A DNA stretch of 64,000 nucleotides from an uncultured delta proteobacterium (GCA_963797235.1 CAWCOX010000006.1:191668-255667); one strand, 5' to 3'. Positions 16,326-28,415 are shown, counted from the first letter of the stretch. The notes: generated by a model not told the origin, from the letters alone. Numbers and translations: made by a program.

Positions 16326-18089
16326 ATGGCGTTTATCCCGGAAGACAAGCTCCTGGAGATCAAGGACGCGGCCCGCATCGAAGAGGTGGTGGGGCAGTAC
16401 GTCCAATTGGTCCAAAAGGGCAAGAATCTTTTGGGACTCTGCCCCTTCCACGCCGACACCAGCCCTTCTTTCACGGTATCCCCGGAGAAGGGCATTTTTT
16501 ATTGTTTCGGCTGCGGCGCCGGCGGCAACGTCATCTCCTTTCTGATGCAGCACCAGCGCCTGAGCTTCCCGGAGGCGGCCCAGGAGCTGGCCCGGCGCTA
16601 CGGCATCCCGCTCTCCTTCCAGGAACTGGGGCCGGAGGGCTCGCAGCAGACCCGCAAGCGCACCCTGGCCTATGAGATCAACCAGGCGGCGGCCAGTTTT
16701 TACGAGGCCACTTTGAGCAGCGCCGCGGGCAAGCCCGGCCGGGACTACCTGGCCAGGCGCGGCCTGACGCCGGAGGTCATCAAGGCCTTTCACCTGGGCT
16801 ATGCCGTGGAGGAATGGGACGCCCTGCGCCGCCATCTGCAGGCCCGCGGCCTCTCTTTAGAGGCGGCCCGGGACGCCGGCCTGCTGATGCCCCGGACCAG
16901 CGGCGGCTTCTACGACCGTTTCCGGGACCGCATCATCTTCCCCATCTTCGACCGGCAAAGCCGGGTGATCGCCTTCGGCGGCCGGATTATCGGCGTTGGT
17001 GAGCCCAAGTACCTCAACTCCCCGGAGTCCCAGCTCTATTCCAAGGGCCGCAACCTCTACGGCCAGCCCCAGGCCGCCGACGCCCTGCGCCTCACCAAAG
17101 TGGCCCTGGTGGTGGAGGGCTATCTCGACCTCATCTCTTTGCAGACCCAGGGCATCGCCAACGTCCTGGCGACGCTGGGCACGGCGCTCACCCGGGAGCA
17201 GGTGCGCCTGCTCAAAAGCCTGGCCGATAAAGTGGTCCTGGTCTACGACGGCGACGCCGCCGGCCTCAAGGCCATGCAGCGGGCCTTTCCGCTCTTTGCC
17301 CAGGAGAGTCTGCCGGTCAGGGCCCTGGCCCTGCCGGCCGGGCAGGACCCGGACGACTACGCCCGCAGCCAGGGGGTGGAGATCTTTAAGAACGCCTGGG
17401 ACTCGGCCCAGCCCTGGTTCACCTTCCTGCTGGAAGGGCTGGTTGCCACCCATGGTCTGGAGGTAGAAGGCCGGGTGCGCATCCTGGAAGAGCTGCGGCC
17501 TTATTTCCAGGCCATCACCGAACCGGTGGAGCAGGATTTATGGCGCAAGGCCGCGGCCCAACGCCTGGGCGTGGACGAAGGCGTCCTGCGCCAGAGCCTG
17601 GCCTCCTGCGCCCCCATCGCCGCCAGCCGGATCAGGCGCACCGCCGGGGTGACCGTCAGTATGGAAAAGGCCCTGCTGCGCTGGGTCTTGTGTCACCCCC
17701 AGGCAATGGAACTGGAGGAATTGGAACACTGGGCCCTGGAGTTCGAAACCGGGGATTTAAAGGAACTCCTGGCCCTCATTATCGAGAATTGCCGGCAACA
17801 CGGCAGACTGGATCACGGCTTGCTGGTGCAGCAGGTGGAGAGGGAGAGCTTGCGCCAGCAAATCTGCGCCTTAACCCTCACAGAGGAGGACACGAGCGGA
17901 ACCGCAACAGATCTCCAGGCCGAAGACTTGCGTCGAATTCTAAAGGTTCGTCAGCTTAAGAAGGCCCGGGTTCAACTGAAAGAAAGAATGCATCATATTG
18001 GCACTACGCAAGTCAAGGAAGACCTGACAGACCTGCAAGTCCAATGGCAGGAGATCGACCGCCAACTTAAAGAACTTTCGGCTCATTAG
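16326..18089 (+). CDS. dnaG: DNA primase
   Basis: Zinc ribbon [30 protein letters not shown] and Toprim EGYLD. Confidence 0.95.
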   Translation: MAFIPEDKLLEIKDAARIEEVVGQYVQLVQKGKNLLGLCPFHADTSPSFTVSPEKGIFYCFGCGAGGNVISFLMQHQRLSFPEAAQELARRYGIPLSFQELGPEGSQQTRKRTLAYEINQAAASFYEATLSSAAGKPGRDYLARRGLTPEVIKAFHLGYAVEEWDALRRHLQARGLSLEAARDAGLLMPRTSGGFYDRFRDRIIFPIFDRQSRVIAFGGRIIGVGEPKYLNSPESQLYSKGRNLYGQPQAADALRLTKVALVVEGYLDLISLQTQGIANVLATLGTALTREQVRLLKSLADKVVLVYDGDAAGLKAMQRAFPLFAQESLPVRALALPAGQDPDDYARSQGVEIFKNAWDSAQPWFTFLLEGLVATHGLEVEGRVRILEELRPYFQAITEPVEQDLWRKAAAQRLGVDEGVLRQSLASCAPIAASRIRRTAGVTVSMEKALLRWVLCHPQAMELEELEHWALEFETGDLKELLALIIENCRQHGRLDHGLLVQQVERESLRQQICALTLTEEDTSGTATDLQAEDLRRILKVRQLKKARVQLKERMHHIGTTQVKEDLTDLQVQWQEIDRQLKELSAH

Positions 18090-18105
18090 CAAAAGGAGAG
18101 AATGG

Positions 18106-19833
<1,728 letters not shown>

Positions 19834-19843
19834 GGGCAGAGAC

Positions 19844-19871
19844 GGGAGACCGAGGACGGGAGGCGGGAGCA
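19844..19871. repeat. tandem heptamer array (GGGAGRC-like)x4
   Basis: GGGAGAC CGAGGAC GGGAGGC GGGAGCA, 10 nt after the rpoD stop. Confidence 0.75.
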
Positions 19872-19955
19872 AGCCCCGGTCTGCCGTCTTAAGTTGATTT
19901 CGCCATGATTGCCATCGCCCTATTGAAGAATTGCAGAGGAGAGTTATAATAAATC

Positions 19956-19992
19956 GAGGGGCGGGGAGACTACCCCGCCCCTCCCGATTTTT
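19956..19992 (+). terminator. rho-independent terminator downstream of rpoD
   Basis: 11-bp stem GAGGGGCGGGG/CCCCGCCCCTC with a 6-nt loop, followed by CCGATTTTT. Confidence 0.7.
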
Positions 19993-20082
19993 CGTAAGTC
20001 GGCATCAACCGAATATTTTGTCGGGGGCTAACCGGGTACCGCACCCGTGGCAAGTTAATGAGCTCCCACGAGCCCGATCTGC

Positions 20083-20158
20083 GGGCCCATAGCTCAGCGG
20101 TCAGAGCAACCGGCTCATAACCGGACGGTCCCTGGTTCAAATCCGGGTGGGCCCACCA
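20083..20158 (+). tRNA. tRNA with CAT anticodon (elongator Met or lysidine-modified Ile2)
   Basis: Acceptor stem GGGCCCA/TGGGCCC, D arm AGCTCAGCGGTCAGAGC, anticodon loop CTCATAA, T arm CCTGGTTCAAATCCGGG and an encoded CCA. Confidence 0.9.
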
Positions 20159-20227
20159 TTTGATCAGGAGAAACGGATATAAGCAAATATCCACAAGGAG
20201 CGGCAGTCTTAAAGGGGCCTGACCCCG

Positions 20228-20254
20228 GGGGTGCTTTCTGCGCACCCCTTTTTT
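20228..20254 (+). terminator. rho-independent terminator after the tRNA
   Basis: Stem GGGGTGC/GCACCCC with a 7-nt loop, then T6. Confidence 0.65.
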
Positions 20255-20261
20255 ATGTCCT

Positions 20262-21381
20262 ATGAGCGCCACGCTGCAAGAGATCATTAAGCTACTGAAT
20301 GCCCAATATCCAGCGGCCTGGGCGGCGCCAGGGGACCGCACCGGCCTCCAGGTGGGGCGCCCGGACAGTTCGGTGAGCACGGTGCTGGTGGCCCTGGAGG
20401 TCTCCCCGGCGGTGGTCCGGGAGGCCCAAGGTCTGGGGGCGCAGCTCCTCCTGACGCACCATCCCCTGATTTATCAGTCCCTGGCCGAGGTGCGCGAGGA
20501 CCAGCCCGGCGGGGAGTTGATCAGCGCCTTGATCCGGGCCGGGATTGCCTCGGTTTCCTGCCACACCAACCTGGACGTGGCCCCCGGAGGGCTGAACGAC
20601 TATCTGGCCCGGGCCCTGGAACTGACCGACCTGGAGGTGCTGGCGGAGACCGGCCGCGACCACCTGTACAAACTGGCGGTCTTTGTACCGCTCGCTTACG
20701 CCGACCGGGTGCGGGAGCAGCTGGCCGAGGCCGGGTTGGGGGTCATCGGCCGTTATTCCCACTGCAGCTTTGCCGTCCGGGGTCAGGGCACCTACCGGCC
20801 GTTGGAGGGAGCCCGGCCTTTCCAGGGCGAAGCGGGGCAACTCTCCCGGGCCGAGGAAGCCCGCCTGGAGATGCTGGCCCCCGAGTCCCTGCTGCCGGCC
20901 GCCCTGGCTCGGCTAAAAGAATCGCACCCCTATGAAGAAGTGGCCTACGATCTCTACCCTCTGAAAAATTGCCGGGGCGGCCCGGGGTTTCGGCCGCATC
21001 GGCAACTGGCCGGCAGCCAGGCCGGTCGCCGAGGTTATGTCGCTGGTCAAAACAATTTTCCAGGTGAGCGCCGTGAAGGTCTGGGGCGCCCCGCCCCAGG
21101 CGGTGCAGCGCCTGGCGGTGCTGGGAGGCAGCGGTGGCGAGTTCATCTCCGCGGCCCGGGACCGGGGGGCCCAGATCTATGTCACCGGGGAGGTGCGGCA
21201 CCATCAGGTCGCACCGGAGAGCCTGGAGGATTTTGCCGTCCTCGAGGTCGGCCATTACAGCAGCGAAGCAGTCTTCATGGGCCCCTGGGCCGAACAACTC
21301 AGGGGCTTTCTTGCGGCCGCGGGGCTGAAAGTGCAAGTCGAAGTGGCGCAGTCTTCCCAGGCGCCATTCGCATTTTTATAA
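20262..21381 (+). pseudogene. Nif3-like dinuclear metal centre protein (YqfO/YbgI family), apparent frameshift
   Basis: THHPLIY and CHTNLD in the first frame. GFGRIGNWPAARPVAEVMSLVKTIF...GEVRHH...LEVGHYSSE in the second frame. The slip is at the G4 run 20984-20987. Confidence 0.8.
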
Positions 21382-21409
21382 ACCGAAAACGGTATCACGG
21401 AGGTCGAAC

Positions 21410-22144
21410 TTGTTGCCGGAGTTAAGCAAACTTATTGAAGTCCAGGAGTTGGATAAAGTTATTCAGGAGGTCGTCGGGGAGTTGGAGCGGCTTCCGGGCG
21501 GACTCAAGACCGCAGAGGCGGCCCTGGAGGACCTGAAGGCCCAGCAGGCCGCCGGCTTGCAGGATCTGGAGGACCTGCAAAAGCAGCGACGGGACACGGA
21601 GACGGAAACCGCGGACATGGAAGACGGCATCAAAAAGAGCCGCGGCCGGCTGATGGAGATCAAGAGCAACATTGAATACAAGGCGATGCTTAAAGAAATC
21701 GCCTTCAAGGAAGATCAGCGGGACAAGCAGGAGACCCGCATGCTGGAACTCCTGGAGCAGGCGGAGGCCCGGAAGCGGACCCTGGCGGAGGTCGAGGCGG
21801 AAATTAAGGAGCGCCAGGACGTCCTGGCTCAGGAGTCGGGGAGAGTGGCGGTGGAGGTGAAGAAGCTGGAAGAGCGCCTGGCGGGCCTGGAGGAGCAGCG
21901 GAAAAAATTGCGCAAAAAGGTGCCGGCCCAACTCCTGAAGCGCTATGAGTTCATTCGCCAGCGCCGCAACGGCACCGCCATCGCCCCGGTCTACGAAGGC
22001 GTCTGCTTCGGCTGCCACATGAACATCCTGCCCCAGCAGTTCATCGACCTGCAGAAGGGCGTAGAGATTCTCCAGTGCCCGCATTGCCAGCGCATCCTCT
22101 ACTGGCAGGAGGAAGAGGCCGAAGGGACAGTGGCCCAATCCTGA
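21410..22144 (+). CDS. coiled-coil zinc-ribbon protein (COG1579 family, typical Nif3 neighbour)
   Basis: Long coiled coil followed by CFGCHMNILPQ...CPHCQRILYW. TTG start 6 nt after GGAGG. Confidence 0.75.
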   Translation: MLPELSKLIEVQELDKVIQEVVGELERLPGGLKTAEAALEDLKAQQAAGLQDLEDLQKQRRDTETETADMEDGIKKSRGRLMEIKSNIEYKAMLKEIAFKEDQRDKQETRMLELLEQAEARKRTLAEVEAEIKERQDVLAQESGRVAVEVKKLEERLAGLEEQRKKLRKKVPAQLLKRYEFIRQRRNGTAIAPVYEGVCFGCHMNILPQQFIDLQKGVEILQCPHCQRILYWQEEEAEGTVAQS

Positions 22145-22701
22145 AGGGAGCCGGCAGCCGGGCCGCGGTCTTCCGGGCCCTGGCGGAGGGACAGGACCCG
22201 GCCCGGGTGCGGGAGCGGTTCGGCCTCAGCGCCGAGGCCCTCCAGGACCTCTTTCGGGCGGCGGCCGACCATTATGCCGATCTGGAGGAAGGGGTGTGGT
22301 CCCTCTACTGTGACGGCGCCTCCCGGGGCAACCCCGGTCTCGCCGGGGCAGGCGTGGTCCTGATCGATCCGGGCGGCGAGGTCCGTGAGCAACAGAGTGA
22401 ATTCCTGGGGCAGGTTACCAACAACGTGGCGGAATACCGGGGCCTGCTCCTGGGCCTGAAAAGGGCCCGGGACCTGGGGGTCAAAAAAATCCGGGTCTAC
22501 TCCGACTCCGAACTGCTGGTCCGGCAGATCAACGGCTCCTATCGCGTCAAGCAACCCCACCTCCTGGTCCTCTGGCAGGAAGCCCACCGGGAATTGCAGC
22601 AGTTCGGGGCCTTTGAGGTGACCCACGTGCCCCGGGAATTAAATCGGGAGGCCGACCGTCTGGCCAATGAGGCCATTGACCGGAGAACGCCGCCGCGGTA
22701 G
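22075..22701 (+). CDS. ribonuclease H family protein (type 1 RNase H fold)
   Basis: YCDGASRGNPG, AEYRGLL, SDSELLVRQ and READRLAN (DEDD residues). The start is uncertain: ATG 22075 overlaps the upstream gene by 70 nt. Confidence 0.7.
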   Translation: MPALPAHPLLAGGRGRRDSGPILKGAGSRAAVFRALAEGQDPARVRERFGLSAEALQDLFRAAADHYADLEEGVWSLYCDGASRGNPGLAGAGVVLIDPGGEVREQQSEFLGQVTNNVAEYRGLLLGLKRARDLGVKKIRVYSDSELLVRQINGSYRVKQPHLLVLWQEAHRELQQFGAFEVTHVPRELNREADRLANEAIDRRTPPR

Positions 22702-22737
22702 AATGAATTTAGGCGAGGTTGTTATACCAATTTTGTA

Positions 22738-22782
22738 GCCGCAGGCTTTAGCCTGCGCCTGCACAGGCGAGACGCCTGTGCC
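22738..22782. repeat. two REP-like hairpins, family R2
   Basis: GCCGCAGGCTTTAGCCTGCGCC and GCACAGGCGAGACGCCTGTGCC, just upstream of rnpB. Confidence 0.75.
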
Positions 22783-22802
22783 ACGTTCGAATCTCAAAGG
22801 GC

Positions 22803-23170
22803 CGCGGAGCAGGCCAGATGATCGCCGGATGGGCGTCATGCCGCCGGAGGAAAGTCCGAGCTCCACAGGGCAGGGTGCTGGGTAATCCCCAGCGGGGGCG
22901 ACCCCAGGGAAAGTGCCACAGAGACCAGACCGCCGTGGTACGTCCACGGTAAGGGTGAAAAGGTGAGGTAAGAGCTCACCAGCGGCGGGGGCGACCCCGT
23001 CGGCTAGGAAAACCCCACCCGGAGCAAGACCAAATAGGGGAGCGCTTGAGGGTGGCCCGCCTGAAGCTCCCGGGTAGGTTGCTGGAGGCCCCGGGCAACC
23101 GGGGTCCTAGAGGAATGATCATCACCGGGGCAACCCGGGACAGAACTCGGCTTACGGCCTGCTCCGCGTT
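22803..23170 (+). ncRNA. rnpB: RNase P RNA, bacterial type A
   Basis: GGAGGAAAGTCCGAGCTCCACAGGGCAGGGTGCTGGGTAATCCCCAG..AGTGCCACAGAGA... and the 3' ACAGAACTCGGCTTAC (P4 pairing CCGAG/CTCGG). Terminal P1 pairing GGAGCAGGCC/GGCCTGCTCC. Confidence 0.9.
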
Positions 23171-23179
23171 TTCTTTGAG

Positions 23180-23216
23180 ACCACCGGCCACTTCAGGTGG
23201 CGGGTGGGTTTTTTTT
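23180..23216 (+). terminator. rho-independent terminator of rnpB
   Basis: Hairpin CCACCGGCCAC-TTCA-GGTGGCGGGTGG followed by T8. Confidence 0.8.
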
Positions 23217-23273
23217 AAAATAAATATTTTTCCACCAACAGAATCACATACATGCAACTTGTGGAGATGCAGC

Positions 23274-24164
23274 GTGCAGCTCAAAGGTGACACTCAAGCG
23301 CTATCCCAATTTCTCGATGATGGGATAACACGTGGTGATGCCTTGGACCTATTGCCACGCCTTCCCCAAGGCAGCATCGACCTTTTCTTCACGAGTCCCC
23401 CGTATGCCGATGCGCGAGCCTATAGTCGGATACACCCAGACCATTATGTTGAATGGTTCCTCCCGTTTGCCAAAGCGATGTTTGATGTTACGTGTGCAAG
23501 TGGTAGCCTCATCCTTAATATCAAGAATCGCGTAGCAAAACAGGGTCAACTAAAGGGTCAGAGGCACCCATACGTATATGAGTTGGTTCTTGCCATCCAA
23601 CGGCTGGGTTGGCGTTGGATTGAGACATACATATGGGCGAAACCCAATGCAGTTCCAGGTAGGTTTGGTCCAAGGACTAAAGATAGTTTTGAGTATGTTT
23701 ATCATTTTGCCCGTGGCGTCAGACCATATTTTGATCTGGATGCAGTTAGAGTTCCATATAAGGCAGACTGCGCAGAGATCGCCAGGCGAAAATTAGACAG
23801 ACTTGGCAGGCGAAATACCGAGGCCGGCTTTGGCCGTGATCGAACGAAGACCTATTTACTAGGTGGAGCGGACCCAGGAAACGTGGTGTCTGTTGCACAG
23901 ACGTACAACCAGTATCGAGGTGTAGCACACACAGCAGCAATGCCGGAGGGACTAGCCGAGTTCTTTATTAAAATCGCCAGCCCTATGGGCGGAATAGTAA
24001 TAGACCCGTTTGCAGGCGGGGGGACTACAATTGTTATAGCTCGTCGTCTTGGACGTAAGGCGGCGGGATTTGAAATTCACGAGCAATTCGTTGACGAGTC
24101 CCGTCGACGTATCGCCGAAAATTCTGCTAATGATATTCCCGGATATCTATTCAAGGTCGGATAA
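23274..24164 (+). CDS. beta-class DNA amino-methyltransferase (N4-cytosine or N6-adenine; SPPY favours m4C)
   Basis: Motif IV FTSPPY precedes motif I DPFAGGGTT (beta permutation). GTG 23274 lies 8 nt after GGAG. The track ORF 5' extension (23046-23273) overlaps rnpB and its terminator and is discounted. Confidence 0.85.
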   Translation: MQLKGDTQALSQFLDDGITRGDALDLLPRLPQGSIDLFFTSPPYADARAYSRIHPDHYVEWFLPFAKAMFDVTCASGSLILNIKNRVAKQGQLKGQRHPYVYELVLAIQRLGWRWIETYIWAKPNAVPGRFGPRTKDSFEYVYHFARGVRPYFDLDAVRVPYKADCAEIARRKLDRLGRRNTEAGFGRDRTKTYLLGGADPGNVVSVAQTYNQYRGVAHTAAMPEGLAEFFIKIASPMGGIVIDPFAGGGTTIVIARRLGRKAAGFEIHEQFVDESRRRIAENSANDIPGYLFKVG

Positions 24165-24169
24165 AATCA

Positions 24170-25276
24170 GTGTCGAATATCCAAGACACAATCAAAAAGA
24201 TTGCCGAAGCGCACAGTTGGGATCAGCGAATCGCTCAGATTCGATTAATTCCTATGAATCATGGGACAAACGAGCATACAAGCATTTACGCTGAAATTGC
24301 GCGATTGCTGTATGTGCCGCACCTTGCCCCTGATTTCGCGTACATACATGAAGACCATTTTTATGGACAAGAATATTTCGAGCAGGTATACGCCGATGCT
24401 TATGTGGCAACGAAAGGATTCACTAGAGTTGTGGAAGACGAGCTATTTTCGGTTCTCGAGAATAATCCCAGAACACTGCTGGTATTTCGTACCATCACGG
24501 GCCTCAGAAAAGCAGAATTCGCACACGCAACCATCATGGCTGGGGAGCCAATTGGCCTAAGCCCCTTGAGTTCGAATAAGGTGGACTCAATGGAGCGAGA
24601 CGGGACGCCAGCCACACATGAACAAGCCAGAGTCGCGGCCAAGACAATTTCCCAAATCATTGATGGTTCTCTTTTTGGTGTTCCACCCGGCGACCTTGTC
24701 AGCAAGCAAGCAAAACCGGACACCGAAAATGGTTGGCCAAGTGTACGCCGCTTTGCTTCCGCTGGTATTCCTTTCTCATTGTTTTTGCACCAACGTCACT
24801 ATGGGGGCTCGTTCCGGCAGATATTGGATGCCACATCAAAAAAACGCGGCGATCTGATTGAGGATGCAGTAGACGCGTTATTCAGACAGAATGGTATCCC
24901 ATACATTCGCACAGGCAGTCACAACCAGGGTGAAATCGCTAATCGGTTTGAGGTCAGGGTTACGCCGGCACCAGACTTTGTGGTTTTTGATCATTCAGAA
25001 ACACTTCGAGCGATCCTGGAATGCAAGACAATAAATGACGGAGGCACGGCTCGCGACAAGGCACCTCGCTTTACGAAACTGCGGGGAGAGTCGAATCGAC
25101 TGGGTGGAATCCCGCTGATCGCTATTTTAGGTGGCATCGGTTGGGCCCGAGTCAACGATGCCTTGGGACCCGTGGTTCGAGACACGGATGGTCGAGTTTT
25201 TACTTTATCGACCCTTTCGACAATGCTCGAAGTGGCACCCTTCCCATCACTGATTGGGCTTGAGCCGACCACATAA
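24170..25276 (+). CDS. putative type II restriction endonuclease (PD-(D/E)XK candidate)
   Basis: Starts 5 nt after the methyltransferase stop. C-terminal APDFVVFD-x10-LECK fits PD...ExK. The N-terminal ~250 aa have no motif I recognise. Same low-G+C composition as the methyltransferase. Confidence 0.55.
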   Translation: MSNIQDTIKKIAEAHSWDQRIAQIRLIPMNHGTNEHTSIYAEIARLLYVPHLAPDFAYIHEDHFYGQEYFEQVYADAYVATKGFTRVVEDELFSVLENNPRTLLVFRTITGLRKAEFAHATIMAGEPIGLSPLSSNKVDSMERDGTPATHEQARVAAKTISQIIDGSLFGVPPGDLVSKQAKPDTENGWPSVRRFASAGIPFSLFLHQRHYGGSFRQILDATSKKRGDLIEDAVDALFRQNGIPYIRTGSHNQGEIANRFEVRVTPAPDFVVFDHSETLRAILECKTINDGGTARDKAPRFTKLRGESNRLGGIPLIAILGGIGWARVNDALGPVVRDTDGRVFTLSTLSTMLEVAPFPSLIGLEPTT

Positions 25277-25299
25277 GAGGCAACGCTAAGGTAAAATTT

Positions 25300-26281
25300 A
25301 TGACCCCACAGGTCGCCCCTTTGAACACTAACTTGCCAGCCCCCTATATCTCCGTCATCATTCCCGTTTATAACGAAGAAGAGAACCTTCGGGAGTTGGG
25401 GGAGCGGCTGATGCAGACGCTTACCGGCGATGGACCGCCCCTTCGAAATCATCCTGGTGGACGACGGCTCCGGCGACCGCTCCTGGGAGATCCTCACCGA
25501 ACTGCACGCCAGGTATCCGGAAAACCTCCGGGCCTTGCAATTTAACCGCAATTTCGGCCAGCACCAGGCCATCTTTGCCGGCTTCCAGGCGGCCCGGGGG
25601 CAGGTGATGATCACCCTGGACGCCGACCTGCAAAACCCGCCGGAGGAGATTCCCCGCCTGGTGGCCAAGATCGAGGAGGGCTACGACACCGTGGGCGGCT
25701 GGCGGGAGAACCGCCGGGACTCGCTGTTCCGGAAACTCCCCTCCCAACTGATGAACGTGGTGATGTCCCGGGTCACCGGGGTCAAGCTGCGGGACTACGG
25801 CTGCATGTTGCGGGCCTACCGCCGGGAGGTGATTGACAGCATCAACCAGTGCCATGAATCCTCCAGTTTCATCCCGGCCCTGGCCAATCTCTTTTCCCGC
25901 CGGGTGGCGGAGATTCCCGTGGGCCACGCCGAGCGCGAGCGGGGCCAGTCCAAGTACGGCCTGATCAAGCTGCTCCGCCTCAACTTCGACCTGGTGACCG
26001 GCTTCTCCAACCTGCCCATCCACGCCGTGGGCTTCACCGGGGTGGCCATCGCCTTTTTGGGGGTGCTCTTCGGGTTCCTCCTGATCCTCCGCCGGCTGTT
26101 CGTGGGCCCGGAGGTGGAGGGGGTCTTCACCCTGTTCGCCATCCTGTTCGTCTTCGTGGGCCTCAACACCCTGGGCCTGGCCCTGATCGGCGAATACGTC
26201 GGCCGCATCTACCGGGAGGTGCGCGGCCGGCCGCGCTATGTCATTAGGCAGACCCTGGGGCCGGAACCGAAACAGCCATAA
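25300..26281 (+). pseudogene. arnC: undecaprenyl-phosphate 4-deoxy-4-formamido-L-arabinose transferase (ArnC-like GT2), apparent frameshift
   Basis: ISVIIPVYNEEENL in the first frame. MDRPFEIILVDDGSGD...LDADLQNPPEEI and 2 C-terminal TM segments in the second frame. The slip is near 25425-25431. Confidence 0.8.
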
Positions 26282-26292
26282 AACTTCTTTTA

Positions 26293-26320
26293 ACTGACTA
26301 CTGACTACTGGCTACTGATC
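26293..26320. repeat. tandem heptamer array (ACTGRYY)x4 abutting the formyltransferase ATG
   Basis: ACTGACT ACTGACT ACTGGCT ACTGATC, then ATG 26321. Confidence 0.9.
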
Positions 26321-27274
26321 ATGCGCCTCATTTTCATGGGTTACCACAACATCGGCCACGCCTGCCTGGAAGTCCTGATTGATCTCTGCCGCCATTGCGG
26401 CGACGAGATCGTGGCGGTGGTCACCCATGCGGACGACCCCCGGGAAAACCACTGGTTCGCCTCGGTCAGGGACCTGGCCTTCGAGAATTATCTGCCGGTC
26501 TACCAGCCCCGGGACCCCAACGCCCCGGAATTCGTCGAGGTCATGCGGAAGCTGGCGCCGGATTTTCTCTTTTCCTGCTATTATCGCCACATGCTGACCA
26601 AGCCGCTGCTCGATCTGCCCGCTAAAGGGGCGCTCAATCTGCACGGCAGCCTGCTGCCCCGCTACCGGGGCCGCTGTCCGGTGAACTGGGTCCTGATCCA
26701 CGGGGAGACCGAGACCGGCGTCACCCTGCACTACATGGAGGAAAAACCGGACAAGGGCGACATCGTCGGGCAGGAGCGGGTCGCCATTCAGCCGGAGGAT
26801 ACGGCGCTGACCCTGTTTGCCCGGATGACCGCGGCCGCCGGCACCTTAATGCGGGAGGTCTATCCCCTGCTGCGGGCGGGCACTGCCCCCCGGCTCCCCC
26901 AGGATCAGAGCCGGGCCTCCTATTTCGGCGGCCGCCAACCTTCAGACGGCCTCATTTCTTGGGACAAAGACGCCCTGGAGGTATATAATCTGGTCCGGGC
27001 CGTTACCCACCCCTACCCCGGGGCCTTCACCCACCTCCGGGGCAAGAGGCTGTTCATCTGGGCCGGCAAGCCCCTGGCGGAGCCGCCGGCCTCAGACCAG
27101 GCCATCCCCGGCAGGCCGGGGCTGGTATCGGGCTATTTGCCGGGGCAAGGGCTGCTGGTGACCACCGGCCGGGGCCACTTCCTCATCACCCAGGCCCAGT
27201 GGGAGGGGCAGCCGGAGTTTTTAGGGCCGGTCGTCGCCACCTGGGATTATCTGGTGGGGGAAAGGTTGGGTTAA
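26321..27274 (+). CDS. arnA: formyltransferase, ArnA N-terminal-domain type (stand-alone)
   Basis: HGSLLPRYRGRCPVNW formyltransferase motif and a C-terminal OB-like domain. 317 aa. Confidence 0.8.
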   Translation: MRLIFMGYHNIGHACLEVLIDLCRHCGDEIVAVVTHADDPRENHWFASVRDLAFENYLPVYQPRDPNAPEFVEVMRKLAPDFLFSCYYRHMLTKPLLDLPAKGALNLHGSLLPRYRGRCPVNWVLIHGETETGVTLHYMEEKPDKGDIVGQERVAIQPEDTALTLFARMTAAAGTLMREVYPLLRAGTAPRLPQDQSRASYFGGRQPSDGLISWDKDALEVYNLVRAVTHPYPGAFTHLRGKRLFIWAGKPLAEPPASDQAIPGRPGLVSGYLPGQGLLVTTGRGHFLITQAQWEGQPEFLGPVVATWDYLVGERLG

Positions 27275-27276
27275 GG

Positions 27277-27329
27277 ATGTAGCGCCGGGACGGTTCTGAG
27301 CTGAACCGCCGAGGGCGGCGGTTCTACAT
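27277..27329. repeat. double-hairpin element, family R1, with ATGTAG/CTACAT termini
   Basis: ATGTAGCGCCGGGACGGTTCTGAGCTGAACCGCCGAGGGCGGCGGTTCTACAT. Confidence 0.85.
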
Positions 27330-27383
27330 TTTTCTGGTCCCCAGCTCAACTTGGGACCGGATAACGATAAAATTAGGAACCTA

Positions 27384-28415
27384 ATGAAAATACTGATTCT
27401 AGGCGTCAACGGCTTCATCGGCAATGCCCTGACCCGGCGCATCCTCAAGGAGCGGGACTGGGAAGTCTACGGCATGGACCTCTACTCCAACAAGCTGGAC
27501 GAGTCCCTGGGCCATCCCCGCTTCCATTTCCTGGAAGGCGACATCGCCATCAACAAGGAATGGATCGAATATCACATCAGGAAATGCGACGTGGTCCTGC
27601 CCCTGGTGGCCATCGCCACCCCCATGACCTACGTGAAGCGGCCGCTCCGGGTCTTTGAGCTGGACTTCGAAGAGAACCTGCGCGTCGTGCGCCAGTGCGT
27701 CAAGTACGGCAGCCGCATCATCTTCCCGTCCACCTCCGAGGTCTACGGCATGTGCCCGGACGCCGAGTTTTCCGAGGACGACAGCACCCTGGTGCTGGGG
27801 CCCATCCACAAACAGCGCTGGATCTACAGCTGCTCCAAGCAGCTCCTGGACCGGGTCATCTGGGCCTACGGCGAGTCCGGGCAGCTCCGCTTCACCCTGT
27901 TCCGGCCCTTCAACTGGGTCGGCCCGAAGCTGGACGACCTCTACGCCGCCAAGGAGGGCAGTTCCCGGGTGGTGACCCAGTTCGTCCTCAACCTGATCCA
28001 GCGGGAGCCCATCCTGCTGGTGGACGGCGGCCATCAAAAACGCTGCTTCACCTACGTGGAAGACGGCATCGACGCCTTGATGAAGATCATCGAGAACCCC
28101 GGCGGCGTGGCCGACAGCCAGATCTTCAATATCGGCAACCCGGATTGCGAGGCCTCGATCAAAGAGTTGGCCCACCTGCTCCGGGACCTCTTCAAGGAGC
28201 ACCCGGACCATAAAGGCGACGGGGCCTACTCGGAGATCGTCGAGACCCGCCACGAGGACTATTACGGCAAGGGCTACCAGGACATCACCAGCCGCAAGCC
28301 CTCCATCGAGAAGGCGCGCCGGCTCCTGGGCTGGGAGCCAAAGACGGACCTGACCGCCTCCCTGAAGATCACCCTGGACTCGTTTTTGGAAGAGGCCAGG
28401 ACGGCCAAGGTCTAA
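27384..28415 (+). CDS. arnA: UDP-glucuronate oxidative decarboxylase, ArnA C-terminal-domain type (stand-alone SDR)
   Basis: [24 protein letters not shown] and YSCSK (YxxxK). Confidence 0.85.
   Translation: MKILILGVNGFIGNALTRRILKERDWEVYGMDLYSNKLDESLGHPRFHFLEGDIAINKEWIEYHIRKCDVVLPLVAIATPMTYVKRPLRVFELDFEENLRVVRQCVKYGSRIIFPSTSEVYGMCPDAEFSEDDSTLVLGPIHKQRWIYSCSKQLLDRVIWAYGESGQLRFTLFRPFNWVGPKLDDLYAAKEGSSRVVTQFVLNLIQREPILLVDGGHQKRCFTYVEDGIDALMKIIENPGGVADSQIFNIGNPDCEASIKELAHLLRDLFKEHPDHKGDGAYSEIVETRHEDYYGKGYQDITSRKPSIEKARRLLGWEPKTDLTASLKITLDSFLEEARTAKV

Noticed and set aside
20083-21400. Integrative element at the tRNA-Met(CAT) gene
   Set aside because: No integrase, no repeat of the tRNA 3' end downstream, and the following genes (nif3, zinc-ribbon, RNase H) are host-like in composition and form a commonly conserved group.
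22700-22802. Possible tRNA suggested by the GTTCGAATC T-loop-like string at 22784-22792
   Set aside because: The flanking bases (CCACG / CTCAA) cannot form a T stem, and no acceptor or anticodon arms are present. The region consists of R2 hairpins.
23046-23273. 5' extension of the methyltransferase ORF as given in the track
   Set aside because: It runs through the 3' half of RNase P RNA and its terminator. The composition switch and a GGAG-N7-GTG at 23274 mark the real start.
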